The translations under genes were made by a program, and so were the position numbers. The notes under the pieces are model-generated. The model did not search any database. It worked only from the letters and a program-made list of their open reading frames with translations, and was not told the DNA's origin. Below are positions 1 to 11,427 of a stretch of DNA of 64,000 nt, one piece after another. The first letter of the stretch is position 1. Each line of letters starts with the position of its first letter. Origin of the DNA: Octopus sinensis (Eukaryota); contig NC_042998.1 in NCBI RefSeq assembly GCF_006345805.1, positions 23,436,001-23,500,000 of the forward strand, given 5' to 3'.

Positions 1-249
1 AACGACAGACGAAATACCTATTTCTTTACTACCCACAAGGGGTTAAATACAGAGAGGACAAAGAAGAGCAGACAAACGGATTAAGTCCATTACATCGATC
101 CCAGTGCGTAACTGGTACTTAATTTATCGACCCTGAAAGAATGAAAAGCAAAGTCGACCTCAGCGGAATTTGAACTCAGAACGTAAAGGCAGACGAAATA
201 CGGCTATGCATTTCGTCCGGCGTGCTAACGTTTCTGCCAGCTCGCCGCC
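1..249 (-). mobile_element. SINE family A, at least a dimer, cut by the window edge
   Basis: Reverse complement reads ggcggcgagctggcagaaacgttagc (tRNA-like head, B-box gagttcaaattcc), core gactttgcttttcattctttcagggtcgataaattaagtacc, tail ending aagaaata. Positions 1-30 hold the multimer junction aagaaata-ggtatttcgtc. Confidence 0.9.
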
Positions 250-969
250 CTAAAGATCCAAAAATATTGCCTGATATGGCAAGTTCGAGATGATTATAAT
301 TTAATGATTAGACCTAATAACACTGAAACTCGTCAATAAAAAAATATTTTCTGTAAAAATAATCCTTGATTTCTTGAAACTGAGTATCAAACGGGTTTAA
401 AAGAATAAGTTTCCTTAGAGAATCGTTTTAAAATGTCTCTCTTTTTTCCCTTTTTCACCATATAAAAAGGTTATTTCAGTTCACTAATCAGATTTCTACG
501 TATGTCATTCAGTGCAATACCATTTACCTGAGACTTGGTCTTGCAAAAATGTCGGATGTCTTCAATGGAAGCAGATTATTCAGATTATGTTTTAAGCTTA
601 CATATTGTCATAACGATCCAGCCAGCTCCGAAAGTATTGTTACAGAACGTATTTTTTTTCTTTCGGAAATGGACTTGCTTTGTAAGTGACTTGATCCGAG
701 ATCGTAAATGGAAAATGGAATTTGTTGTAGAAGGCTTATGTTAGCCATTTGAAGCAAACTTACAATTTCATTCACGTTTGTTTTATCTTTTGATTGCATA
801 ATGTGCCAAAGTTTCATTATCCGTCTAACGACCGAGTCACAGACACAATTTTACTGCATCATTACGACAGAGACCAGGTCGTAAATGTAAAATGAGGATA
901 TTTTGCATCTAGTGATTTGGAAATACTATCAAGAAATATAACAAAAGTGAATGTAGCGATATACGTATA

Positions 970-1200
970 TATTTCTTTACTGCCCACAAGGGGCTAAACA
1001 TAGAGGGGACAAACAAGGATAGACAAACGGATTATGTCGATTATATCGACCTCAGTGCGTAACTGGTACTTAATTCATCGACCCCGAAAGGATGAAAGGC
1101 AAAGTCGACCTCGGCGGAATTTGAACTCAGAACGTAACGGCAGACGAAATACGGCTACGCATTTCTCCCGGCGTGCTAACGTTTCTGCCAGCTCCCCGCC
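970..1200 (-). mobile_element. SINE family A monomer with 18-bp TSD
   Basis: Full head-core-tail. Flanks tgtagcgatatacgtata (952-969) and tgtagcgatatgcgtata (1202-1219), one mismatch. Confidence 0.92.
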
Positions 1201-1469
1201 TTGTAGCGATATGCGTATAGGTTTTATAAATGGCAACCAGGACTCTTCCACGATCTATAGAATTTTCAATTTACTTGGATTATGTAGAATGCTTTTACTG
1301 AAATATTTTACATGTTTCAAGTAAGTTTTAAATAATTCAGAATTTTGAGGGATTTTGTAAAATAATAAACTTCGTTATGATAAAGATGCTGTTTAGAATA
1401 TTCGTGCATAAAATTATGATTGAGGGTTTTAATTTAAATATGAACACTTTAACACAAGCATTGTTTTTT

Positions 1470-2065
1470 TTCTGTATTGCCCACAAGGGGCTAAACACAG
1501 AGGGGACAAACAAGGACAGACAAACGGATTAAGTCGATTACATCGATCCTAGTGCGTAACTGGTACTTAATTTATCGACCCCGAAAGGATGAAAAGCAAA
1601 GTTGATCTCGGCGGATTTGAACTCAGAACGTAACGACAGACGAAATACCTATTTCTTTACTACCCACAAGGGGCTAAACACAGAGGGGATAAACAAGGAC
1701 AGACAAACGGATAAAGTCGATTACACCAACCCCAGTGCGTAACTGGTACTTAATTCATTGACCCCGAAAGGATGAAAGGCAAAGTTGACCTCGGCGGAAT
1801 TTGAACTCAGAACGTAACGACAGACAAAATACCTATTTCTTTACTACCCACAAGGGGCTTAAACACAGAGGGGATAAACAAGGACAGACAAACGGATTAA
1901 GTCGATTACACCAACCCCAGTGCGTAACTGGTACTTAATTCATTGACCCCGAAAGGATGAAAGGCAAAGTCGACCTCGGCGGAATTTGAACTCAGAACGT
2001 AACGGCAGACGAAATACGGCTACGCATTTCGCCCGGCTTGCTAACGTTTCTGCCAGCTCGCCGCC
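1470..2065 (-). mobile_element. SINE family A trimer (one head plus three ~184-bp bodies)
   Basis: Head ends at 2065. Two internal junctions aaatacc-tatttctttac near 1643-1660 and 1828-1844. No clear TSD. Confidence 0.9.
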
Positions 2066-2334
2066 TTTAATGACGTTTCATGTTAATGTAAACAAAATAT
2101 TGCATCCTGTTTAAACGACATGCTTAAAATGATTCAAATGTGTCTCAAGTGTAATCGGATATTAAACGATCGTTTAGGGAAGTAGCTATTTAAGAAGAAT
2201 ATATTTTCTTCTGATGGACATTTAAAAGTTGAAAGTAAGGATTTTCCTCCAGATATACAAATATGGAATTGATATTTTACTGAAATAGTTTGTCATTTGC
2301 ACTTGAAATTGGGGGGCGTACCTACACAAGTGTG

Positions 2335-2970
2335 TCTCTAACTTTGGTTCATCATAACTTTCAGAAAAATGGGTATTTTTAATGACATTCTTTGCAAATA
2401 TTTCAGATGGTGTCGATTCCGACTGTAGCGGGATTTGTTGGGAAAAGAATTTTCCGAGGAGTTTTGGGAAAATTCACACGAGTTGGATTCGTTTCTTCAT
2501 AACTTTCGGAAAATGGTTATTTTATGAAATTTTATACAAATACATTTCAGATGGTGTAAATTTTAATTATATTGGAATTAAAAGTGAATAAAAGGAAATT
2601 GGTGGGCATCACAAGTTTTTTTTATAAAATTTCAAGTTTCATGTTATGTGTGTTAGTATATGTGCGCGCGCCCCCACTTCTTTCACTTTAAATTCCGATC
2701 ACAATCTACAACATCTGAATCTACAATCACCAGCTGAAAGATATTTGTAGAAAATTTCATTTAAAAATACCCGTATTTCTGAAAATTACGATGAAACAAA
2801 GTTGACTAAAGTGGATTTTTTAAAAAACTCTCTTCCCCCTTCCCCTACACCTTTTTTCCACAACAAATTCTAATATAATCGGAATCTACATCATCCGAAG
2901 CGTATTTGTAGAAAATTTCTTTAGAAAATAACCATATTTCTGAAATTTACAAGGAAACAAAGATGGCGAA
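2335..2970. repeat. Foldback-like structure: two direct copies of a ~90-bp unit followed by two inverted copies
   Basis: Unit cataactttc(a/g)gaaaa..tgg(g/t)tatttt..tgaaatt..tacaaata..tttcagatggtgt near 2341 and 2485 aligns with the reverse complements of about 2715-2810 and 2872-2965 (roughly 75-80% by eye). Confidence 0.65.
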
Positions 2971-3432
2971 TCGCACTTATGTTGGTATGCCGAAAGTGGA
3001 TATAGCGTTGGTTACATGGAATTTGTTTCATTTACTAATAAATAAACCGACATGTTGGTCTTAAAAATGCTAAGATTTCTTTTTGAATAGATAAATAAAT
3101 AAAGAATAAAATAAAAATAAGAGAAGTTTTGCACTCCAGTCAAGAAACAGACGATAAAAATAACCCATAGCAGACGACCGAAATTTTATCAACACAGTGT
3201 CTTGTTTATACAATCTTTTACTTGTTTCATTAGACTCGGCCATGCTGGGGCACCGCATTGAAGGATTTAGTTCAGTGTTTCTCAACCACTTTTTACCTGT
3301 GGTTCGTATTTGACTCTACTGGACCCTTATAGCTATTTGATGCTTTAAAAAATCTCACTATATTTTATATACTAGGGATTGTATAAAATGTTGTTAGAGT
3401 ACGTAGTGGGTTGTAGAAGAATAACCGATTCA

Positions 3433-3521
3433 TTGCACAAAAAGGTGGCACGCAGTGGGACTGAACCTGGAACCATGTGGTTGGTAAGCAAGCTACTTAC
3501 CACACAGCCACTCCTGCGCCT
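3433..3521 (-). mobile_element. SINE family B head; its tail fragment lies near 3212-3270, with a hAT-type MITE fragment (about 3273-3375) between
   Basis: Reverse complement aggcgcaggagtggctgtgtggtaagtagcttgcttaccaaccacatggttccaggttcagtcccactgcgtg matches the other B heads. Confidence 0.75.
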
Positions 3522-3717
3522 AGATCACTTTTACCTTTCTTCTCCTTATGAGATCGATATCAAATAGCAAACAAAAAGCTGAGACCAGTGTAATGGACTC
3601 AACTCGTCGTGACAGTGTCCCAGTATGACCGCAACTCAGTGACTGAAATCAGAACCAGAATAAAAGATAATTCATTCCATAACCTCTCCTATTTCTTTAC
3701 GATAAAGTAACAATACC

Positions 3718-3929
3718 TATTTCTTTACTACCCACAGGGGGCTAAACGCAGAGGGGACAAATAGGGACAGACAAAGGGATTAAATGCGTAACTGGTACTT
3801 AATTTATTGACCCCGAAAGGATGAAAGGCAAAGTCGACCTCGGCGGAATTTGGACTCAGAACGTAACGGCGGACGAAATACGGCTACGCATTTCGCCCGG
3901 CTTGCTAACGTTTCTGCCAGCTCGCCGCC
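3718..3929 (-). mobile_element. SINE family A monomer with small internal deletion and 26-bp TSD
   Basis: TSD tt(t/c)ctttacgataaagtaacaatacc at 3692-3717 and 3930-3955. Confidence 0.9.
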
Positions 3930-3955
3930 TTCCTTTACGATAAAGTAACAATACC

Positions 3956-4185
3956 AGTTTGCTGGACATTGTTGTAGAGCTGAAAAAAAGATAATTTCTA
4001 CTCTTCTCCTCTGGAAGCCATCTACTCGCAATACCAGAGGGCGCACACTCTCCTACCCTGATGTAATCTCCAGGGATACAGGCATCCAGCAACAGGACCT
4101 CCGTAATGCCATGATGGACCGTGAAGTCTGGCGTAGCATGGTAAATTCCATTGTCTCGACCACGGTCGAACAATGATGATGATGA
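3956..4185 (+). mobile_element. 5'-truncated RTE-clade LINE 3' end
   Basis: Frame from 3958 reads FAGHCCRAEKKIISTLLLWKPSTRNTRGRTLSYPDVISRDTGIQQQDLRNAMMDREVWRSMVNSIVSTTVEQ*, a typical RTE ORF C-terminus (GH..R, LLW.P, M.DR..W). It is followed by a (TGA)4 tail and a 9-bp TSD aacaatacc (3947-3955 and 4185-4193). Confidence 0.85.
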
Positions 4186-5196
4186 ACAATACCTTCTTTG
4201 GGTACATATTCAAAGCGCTGACTTACAGAGAGTTAAGTGTTTTGAATATGGACGCTGAATAGCGCCATGAATAGGACACGAACCGAGTCATTGGTCAAGC
4301 GTGTGATCCTATTTTGTGGTACCTTATATTTCGAAATGAATTCATATTTGGAAATACTGAGTTTATATAGTCAAAAGAAGGCTCTTGAATTTACTAGTAT
4401 TGTGTTATCATTACGACTGAAACTTAACCATATGTCCTATTTTTACGTGTTGTATAAAATATATACTTGCGTATATGCAAGTTAGTATTCGTGTATTCAT
4501 TTATTTACGCATGCATTTATATGTATTTCTAGGAAAAAGGTCAAAAGCATTATATTGTCACAGATTTCCTTATCTATTTCGAAGTTAAGTAAACTGTTTA
4601 GGATATGTAACCTTTAAGTGTTGAGAATAAACGAAATCTTATTTTAAAAATATGCGTGTTGTCTACGTTGCAGAGTTATTGAGCTTTCGGTCTTATGTAT
4701 GGTGTGAGATAATATCCTTTTGCCTGTTAGGAGATCGAATCAGTTGACTAAATGCAAGGTTCCATATTGTTTACAGAAAATAATCTTGAATTTCGTCATA
4801 GGAAATGTTTGTAAATAGGTTAACATTGTATGTTTATAAATGGGTTAAAACCATAAAAATGAAACGGCCTTCTTTTTTTTTAATCTATTACTAATCGCAT
4901 GTCATTTAACTCACATATATTCAACCATTTAAAATATACTTTTAATCACTTTATCCATGACGTTTAAAATATTTTATTACTTATTAGTTTTATTTAAAAT
5001 ATTTTATTTCTTTCAACGACTATCAAAGTTATTAAAAATTATATTGCAAAAATGTTTTACTTTACTAGATACTATTTCTTACACATAAAGATGCTAATGC
5101 ATAAATATTTATACAACCAAAATCCTAAACAGCCTTTTGGGTCAACTTTAATATGATAGTAAAATCTTGACAATTCCAATTAGATACATTGTAATA

Positions 5197-5482
5197 CAGT
5201 AATTCCTCGACTATCGCGGGTGTTCCGTTTCAAACCCCACAATTTTAGGTGAAAATCCGCGAAGTAGAAATAGTACTCTTTCTCTTTTACTCTTTTACTT
5301 GTTTCAGTCATTTGACTGGAGCACCGCATTTAGCCGAGCAAATCGACCCCAGGACTTATTCTTTGTAAGCCTAGTACTTATTCTATCGGTCTCTTTTGCC
5401 GAACCGCTAAGTTACGGGGACGTAAATACACCAGCATCGGTTGTCAAGCAATGTTGGGGGCGACAAACACAGGCACACAAAC

Positions 5483-5534
<52 letters not shown>

Positions 5535-5900
5535 GACGGGCCTCTTTCATATATATATATATACATATATACATATATACGACGGGCTTCTTTCAGTTTC
5601 CGTCTACCTAATCCATTCACAAGGCTTTGGTCGGCCCGAGGCTATAGTAGAAGACATTTTCCCAAGGTGCCACGCAGTGGGACTGAACCCAGAACCATGC
5701 GGTTGGTAAGCAAGCTACTTACCACACAGCCACTCCTGCGCCTACGTATATATATATATATTTTTTATTTTTATAATTTGTATATATTTATTTTATGATA
5801 AATGCAAAACAACACCACGGAGGAATCGACATAAGCTTAAATAATAAACCGCGATAGGTGAACCGCGATAGGTGAACCGCGATATGGCGAGGGATTACTG
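5197..5900. mobile_element. Tigger/pogo-like MITE interrupted by a SINE B
   Basis: TA-flanked TIRs cagtaattcctcgactatcgcgg and ccgcgatatggcgagggattactg. Internal tandem aaccgcgataggtg. Confidence 0.8.
5275..5743 (-). mobile_element. SINE family B, full length, with internal (TA)/(TG) microsatellite
   Basis: tRNA-like head, CORE-like accttggg(a/c)aa segment, central microsatellite, tail tgctccagtcaaatgactgaaacaagtaaaagag. The flank gacgggc(c/t)tctttc is duplicated inside the microsatellite. Confidence 0.9.
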
Positions 5901-6289
5901 TACTGTTATTGCCTATCTTTACACGAAATTTAAAGCTTACGCTTTACAACTTACATTTACTGCATTTACTGTCTTTCTATCTTTAAACCTTAATTCACTT
6001 CTCTGTCACTTCCACTGCCATAACAATATTGTTATTGCAGCTATATACAATATTGTTGGCTAAGCAGCCCATCGTTGCCGGGCAATTTTTACAATAGAAT
6101 GTCTTATTAAAATTTTCGTTTATTTTAACCAGACCATGCCTTCCCCGACAGATAGGCCTCTTGATCAGGACAGATTTATGCAATTTTTTGCTGAAAAACT
6201 TCGTTGAGAATGTTTTTTTTTTCTTTTTTGAGGAAATCAGTGCCCCTGAACAAGTCTGTGCTAGCTGATGTTTGTCGTTCACTCTATTA

Positions 6290-6440
6290 CAGTAGTTTTC
6301 AACCAGGGTCTTATGCAATTTCTAATATTTAATAATAATAATATCATAGGATCTTTAAATGTCGAATAGGTATGATGGTTCACCTGAATAAAATAGGAAT
6401 CAAAGGGGTCCATAGGCAAAAACTGAGTTAAGAACCAATG
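6290..6440. mobile_element. hAT-type MITE (family D), degenerate
   Basis: Ends cagtagttttcaacc and gttaagaaccaatg, similar to the cagtggttctcaacc termini elsewhere in the window. Confidence 0.55.
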
Positions 6441-7286
6441 CTTCAAAATCTTAACCAGTTTCTTAAGATGTCGAAGCCAGTAGCATTATGGGAGGAGATA
6501 ACAAACAGTTGAAAATCTGACAAAATTTTTTGCTGCAAAGTATCTTGAAAAACTTGGTACCAAACGATTCTAATTTTATCTTTAAAACTCAATCACTGAC
6601 GTTAATTAAGTAGTTATGTTAATGGTTTAAATCTCTTGATCATGCTTCTCTGCCTTATTAAATATGTTGCCAAATTGGAACACTTACATTTTTTGCCTTC
6701 AAATAAGTGTTTCCATTACACATGATCATACACAAGACCAGATTAATCCAACTTGCGAGAGCAGCAGATGCTACGGGTCTGGCACTAAATGCTTTCATGC
6801 AATCAATTTCGATTCCGTGTTTCTGCACATCTTCTATTACTATGCTTCTATATTACCGTCGATTTTTATGGTTTGATATGCTTTAAATTAAACAAATTGG
6901 AATAATCAAATTGAATGGCATTTGTAAATGGACAAATTTATTTAATTTTTGTCAGGTGTTGCTTCATAAACCATGCAATTCTATTTCTCTATTTCGATGC
7001 ATCTCTAACACAAGATGTACAATTGTGCTTAATAATTATTCTCAGGAATAAAATCAGTTGAATGATTCATATTATTATTAATGTATTGTTCGCGTGTCGG
7101 ATTTTCTACTATATATTCCGCTATGTAATCTTCTGCTATCAGGTTAACAAGATGTTTAAATATAGTTACATTTTCAAGGTTAGATCACAAAAACTAATTT
7201 ACATTATATTATGAAAGAATTTTCCAAACATGTCCCAGGAAAGAATCTTCACCTGGAGCATTTAAGTTGCTTACGTAGCAATACTA

Positions 7287-8135
7287 TTGGGTCATTCCAT
7301 AAATAATGCGGTTTTTAAATCTTTTATTTTTCAAATTTAAGATAAACAAAGTTCTTTTTTAATCTAAAACATAATCTCCTTCATTTTCTACAATGCTCTT
7401 CCATCTATCTGGTAGACTTGCAAGGCCCCTCTTCCAAAATTCACTTGTCCGTGACGAAAAATACTCCTCCTGTACTGTTCTGACCTCGTCTACAGAATTC
7501 ATATTGTTTCTCTCCAAATGATTTTGAAGGCTGCGGAATAAACGATAATCAGATGGGGCAATGTCCGGCGAATATGGTGGGTGGGGCACTGTTTCCCATT
7601 CAAACTGCTCCAGCCTTTGGAATGTCATTTTCGCTGTATGTGACCGAGCATTATGTTGGAAGAACACCTTTCACCTTGAAACCAAAGATGGTCATTTTAC
7701 TTCTAGCGCTGACTCGAATGATTGGTTGAATGACCAAATCCAAGTTTCTCTGCGAGTTCTTCAACAATTACGATGGGATTTTGTTCCACCAAGGTTTGCA
7801 GGACGTCCTCGTCGAGCTCTACAGATCATCCAGGACGTGGTTCGTCTTCTATGAAGTAGTTTCCGGCTCGGAATTTCTGGAACCACTGTTGACACTGGCT
7901 TATGCTTCTTGTCCAATTCCCATATACTGCATTAATATTCCTCGCATTTTCCGTTGCGTTGTTGCCTTTATTAAACTCATAAAGCAAAATATGCCGAATA
8001 TGCTCCTTTGTCACTTCCATTATAGCTTTGAAAAAATAACTGTTAAAATCAAATTGCACTCTTCAAAACTTGCATTAATAAGAACAAGGTAAAATTACTA
8101 CCTGCTTTTATAGCAAGTTGATGCAGGTTATTTAT
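7287..8135 (-). mobile_element. Internally deleted mariner (DD34D-type) transposon remnant
   Basis: ORF 7359-7667 has FFQHNARSH and HPPYSPDIAPSDY (third catalytic D). ORF 7826-8059 has the HTH N-terminus MEVTKEHIRHILLYEF...WFQKFRAG. An in-frame TGA follows PRPG, the WVPHEL/first-D region is missing, a TA-flanked TIR ttgggtcattccataaataatgcgg starts at 7287, and the 5' TIR is lost. Confidence 0.9.
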
Positions 8136-8177
8136 CCCATTTAATGAAGGTAATGAGAACCCACATACAAAAAGTTG

Positions 8178-8474
8178 GGATCTTTACCTTTTGACCGACA
8201 GATTTAAAAATTAATTTTTTGCGACTAAACACATCTAACCCTAACCCTAAAACCTTAAAGCTAAAACCACAGCTGAATACACGTCATTGATTGGTTGAAA
8301 TTAGCGAAATACGACAACTTTAGAAAAAATTAACTTCCAAAATACAGAATTTTCTCAACAACGCCAAGAGTAAAAGATGTTTTATGTGAGACATTCTACA
8401 AGTATACGAAGTTTCAAAGTGTTTAGTTACAAAAAATTATTTTTTAAAATCTGTCAGTCAAAAGGTAAAGATCC
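8178..8474. mobile_element. Unclassified MITE with ~55-bp TIRs and 8-bp TSD
   Basis: ggatctttaccttttgaccgacagattt...ctaaacac versus its inverted copy ending aaaggtaaagatcc. Flanks aaaagttg and gaaagttg. Internal ctaaccctaaccctaa. Confidence 0.8.
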
Positions 8475-8917
8475 GAAAGTTGAACTACGACGATTTCCAG
8501 ACTTCTTAGATTTTCTTCCAGGACCATTACACTAAAATAGCGTGCTCTCTGATTTACTCAAATACATCATGGTCATTATGTACAGGATACAAAGTTACTT
8601 TGATAAAATATAAAACAAAAACCTCATCGAAATTAATTACACATTTTACTATATAATATAATGATTTTGTACATGAATTAATGAACGTTTATCTAATTAT
8701 GAAAAGAGGATGAAGGGGTTTAGAATTGCAGCAGTGTCGTTCTTAATTATTTGTAGTTTATACGTTACGAATTTGGCACAAAATAATTTTCTCAACGAAG
8801 ACATGACATGTCTATGGTTAAGTGTTTGTGTATGTTATGTCATTAACTTTGTTGCGGACGCCCAAATAATTATTCTTGATCACTCCGTACATCATTACTG
8901 TAGTCTGTGTATTAGAA

Positions 8918-10330
8918 TCTATATAATAAAGATGAACGTGTGTGTGCGTGCGTGTGTGTGTGTGTGTGTGTGTGTGCGTGCGTGCGTGCGTGTGTGCGGC
9001 GCGCGTGTAAAAGGTTACAGAATCTGTATGAAAGCTAAAAGCTAATTCTTGTGTAAAAATTTACGCCGAAGACAATGGAAATGGTTCCGACTCACTACGT
9101 GCTCTCCTAAGGGAGCTATGGGGCCCCTTTCCCTACATATTAGACATGCCCCAGTTCCCAAATAAATGACCAGTCTAAGGGAGATAACTAAAGTATTATA
9201 ATTTATTGAACTTGAGTATTACAACAAACAAAATACAAATAGCTTTTCTTACATTGACAATGGTTGTGCTAAAGAGCAATCATGACTTCAAAGAACATTA
9301 CTGTGGACAATTCAAATGAAAGACCCGAGAAAGTTCTACCAGGAAATGAACGTACTTACAAGTCTATAAACTCTGTTGTTAACGTCTAGTTGAATTCTAA
9401 TTAAGCTCGTTGGGACACAGGGAACTCCACCTCATTTTCTTCGATTGAAAATAAGCGCTTCAATCATACCTCTGCAGAACTTTTCTCAATCAATGCTGTG
9501 CAATGGCACAAGACTTGTTGTGAAGAAATTAACGATAAATGTCATAGAGGCCAAAATAATTTCTGTTTGTGGAAAAGGCGATGATGTTTTTATTCTACGC
9601 TTATCTTTAATACCTTCCAGTAAGCCCTTCGAATTCAAACTACTTCAATTTCCATTACGTCTGTCTTTTGCGATGTCCATTAATAAGTTCCAAGATGCAA
9701 CTTTGAAAGCCGTTGCTTTGCAATTAGAGAAGGGCTGTTTTTCACACAGTCAGTTATATGTTGGGGCTCCAGAGTGAGGAGCAACGACAGTGGAGGCGCA
9801 ATGGCCCAATGGTTAGGGCAGCAGACTCGCGGTCGGAGGATCACGGTTTCGATTCCCAGACCGGGCGTTGTGTGTGTTTATTGGGCGAAAACACCTAAAG
9901 CTCCACGAGGCTCCGGCAGGGGGTGGTGGCGATCTCTGTTGTACTCTTTCGCTCCAACTTTCTCTCACTCTTTCTTCCTGTTTCTTGTCCCCGACTTCCT
10001 ACGCAACCGCTGAGCCTTGATGCGCATTCATCCATTCGTCGATGCTCTCGGTGTCGGGAGTTGACCTGCTTTCTCTTCTGCAGGTCTTACGAATAGCAAA
10101 GGACCACGTTTCGGACTTCTCCCGAGAGGACGAAGACCGCTTCGCTCAACGGCGCTCGCTCAACGGCGCTTGCTCAACAGGAGCAACGACATTGTTTTCA
10201 TTTTCGCCCCTGCTGGTAAAACCCGAAACATTATCTATAAGGAAGTTTTTAGCATGGGATCGACAAACTAAACTTTGCAGAATGTATAATATCTTAGAAT
10301 TGATATTGTCAACATCACACTATATTTTTC
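8918..10330 (+). mobile_element. Helitron remnant (PIF1-like helicase C-terminus), split by SINE C
   Basis: ORF 9445-9777 has LCNGTRLVVKKL, QFPLRLSFAMSINK and CFSHSQLYVG, and the coding remnant continues after the SINE as APAGKTRNIIYKEVF. The candidate 5' end a-TCTATATAATAAA at 8918 is followed by a (TG)/(TGCG) microsatellite. The 3' end was not located. Confidence 0.85.
9790..10178 (+). mobile_element. SINE family C, tail type 1, 13-bp TSD
   Basis: Head gtggaggcgcaatggcccaatggttagggcagcagactcgcgg...gtttcgattccc (A- and B-box-like). Tail ends in a repeated 14-mer tcgctcaacggcgc. TSD aggagcaacgaca at 9777-9789 and 10179-10191. Confidence 0.9.
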
Positions 10331-10751
10331 TAAGAAAAGCTATTTGTATTTTTGTCTGTTGTAATACTTAAGTTCAATAAACTGTAGTAGGTATATGTTT
10401 AGTTTTCCCGAACTTATATTTAGTTATCTTGTACTAGACATAAGCCAACGTCTGTGCGATGTTTGCTTCATTTACAGACTGAAATACTAGAGATCATGTA
10501 CCAGAAGGTTATGTGCACAAATCTGTAGAATTCTTTACTGCTACAGAAGCTGAACGGGAGGCAGTAAAAATTGATTGCATCAACATCGAAGAAAAGGATG
10601 TAATGTTAGCAATAGATGATATAGACGTAAACTCAGTTTCTGGCTCTGATGGCTTCCCGGCAATCCTCCTCATGTCATGCAAACGAGTCCTTGCAAAACC
10701 ATTGCAGTTACATTTCCAGAGCTTTCTCGCAAATGGTAAGCTCCCAGACAA

Positions 10752-11167
10752 GGCGGCGAGCTGGCAGAAACGTTAGCATGCTGGGCGAAATACTTAGAGG
10801 TATTTTGTCTGCCACTACGTTCTGAGTTCAAATTCCGCCGAGGTCGACTTTGCCTTTCATCCTTTCGGGGTCGATTAAATAAGTACCAGTTACGCACTGG
10901 GGTCGATGTAATCGACTTAATCCCTTTGTCTGTCCTTGTTTGTCCTCTCTGTGCTTAGCCCCTTGTGGGTAGTAAAGAAATAGGTATTTCGTCCGCCGCT
11001 GCGTTCTGAGTTCAAATTCCGCCGAGGTCGACTTTGCCTTTCCTCCTTTCGGGGTCGATAAATTAAGTACCAGTTACGCGCTGAGGGTCGATGTAATCGA
11101 CTTAATCCTTTTGTCTGTCCTTGTTTGTCCCCTTTGTGTTTAGCCCCTTGTGGGTAGTAAAGAAATA
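10752..11167 (+). mobile_element. SINE family A dimer with perfect 17-bp TSD
   Basis: TSD ggtaagctcccagacaa at 10735-10751 and 11168-11184. Internal junction aagaaataggtatttcgtc near 10975-10993. Confidence 0.95.
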
Positions 11168-11427
11168 GGTAAGCTCCCAGACAAACTAAAGGAGGGAATA
11201 ATATACCTTATTCATAAAGGAAGAAGCAGAGCAGATGCTAAAAACTATAGGCCTATCTCTCTGACCTTATACGTCAGCAAAGTCATGGAACAAATAGTCT
11301 GAAGGAAATTATTTGCTTTCCTTGAAGAGAATGACTTGTTGACTGACACCCAGCATGGTTTTCGACCAGGTTGAAGCTGCTTGACACAACTCTTGCAGCA
11401 TTACAACAGGGTGCTAAAGAGGCTGCT

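Noticed and set aside
8234-8250. Telomeric repeat or interstitial telomere
   Set aside because: Only about 2.5 CCCTAA units, inside a MITE.
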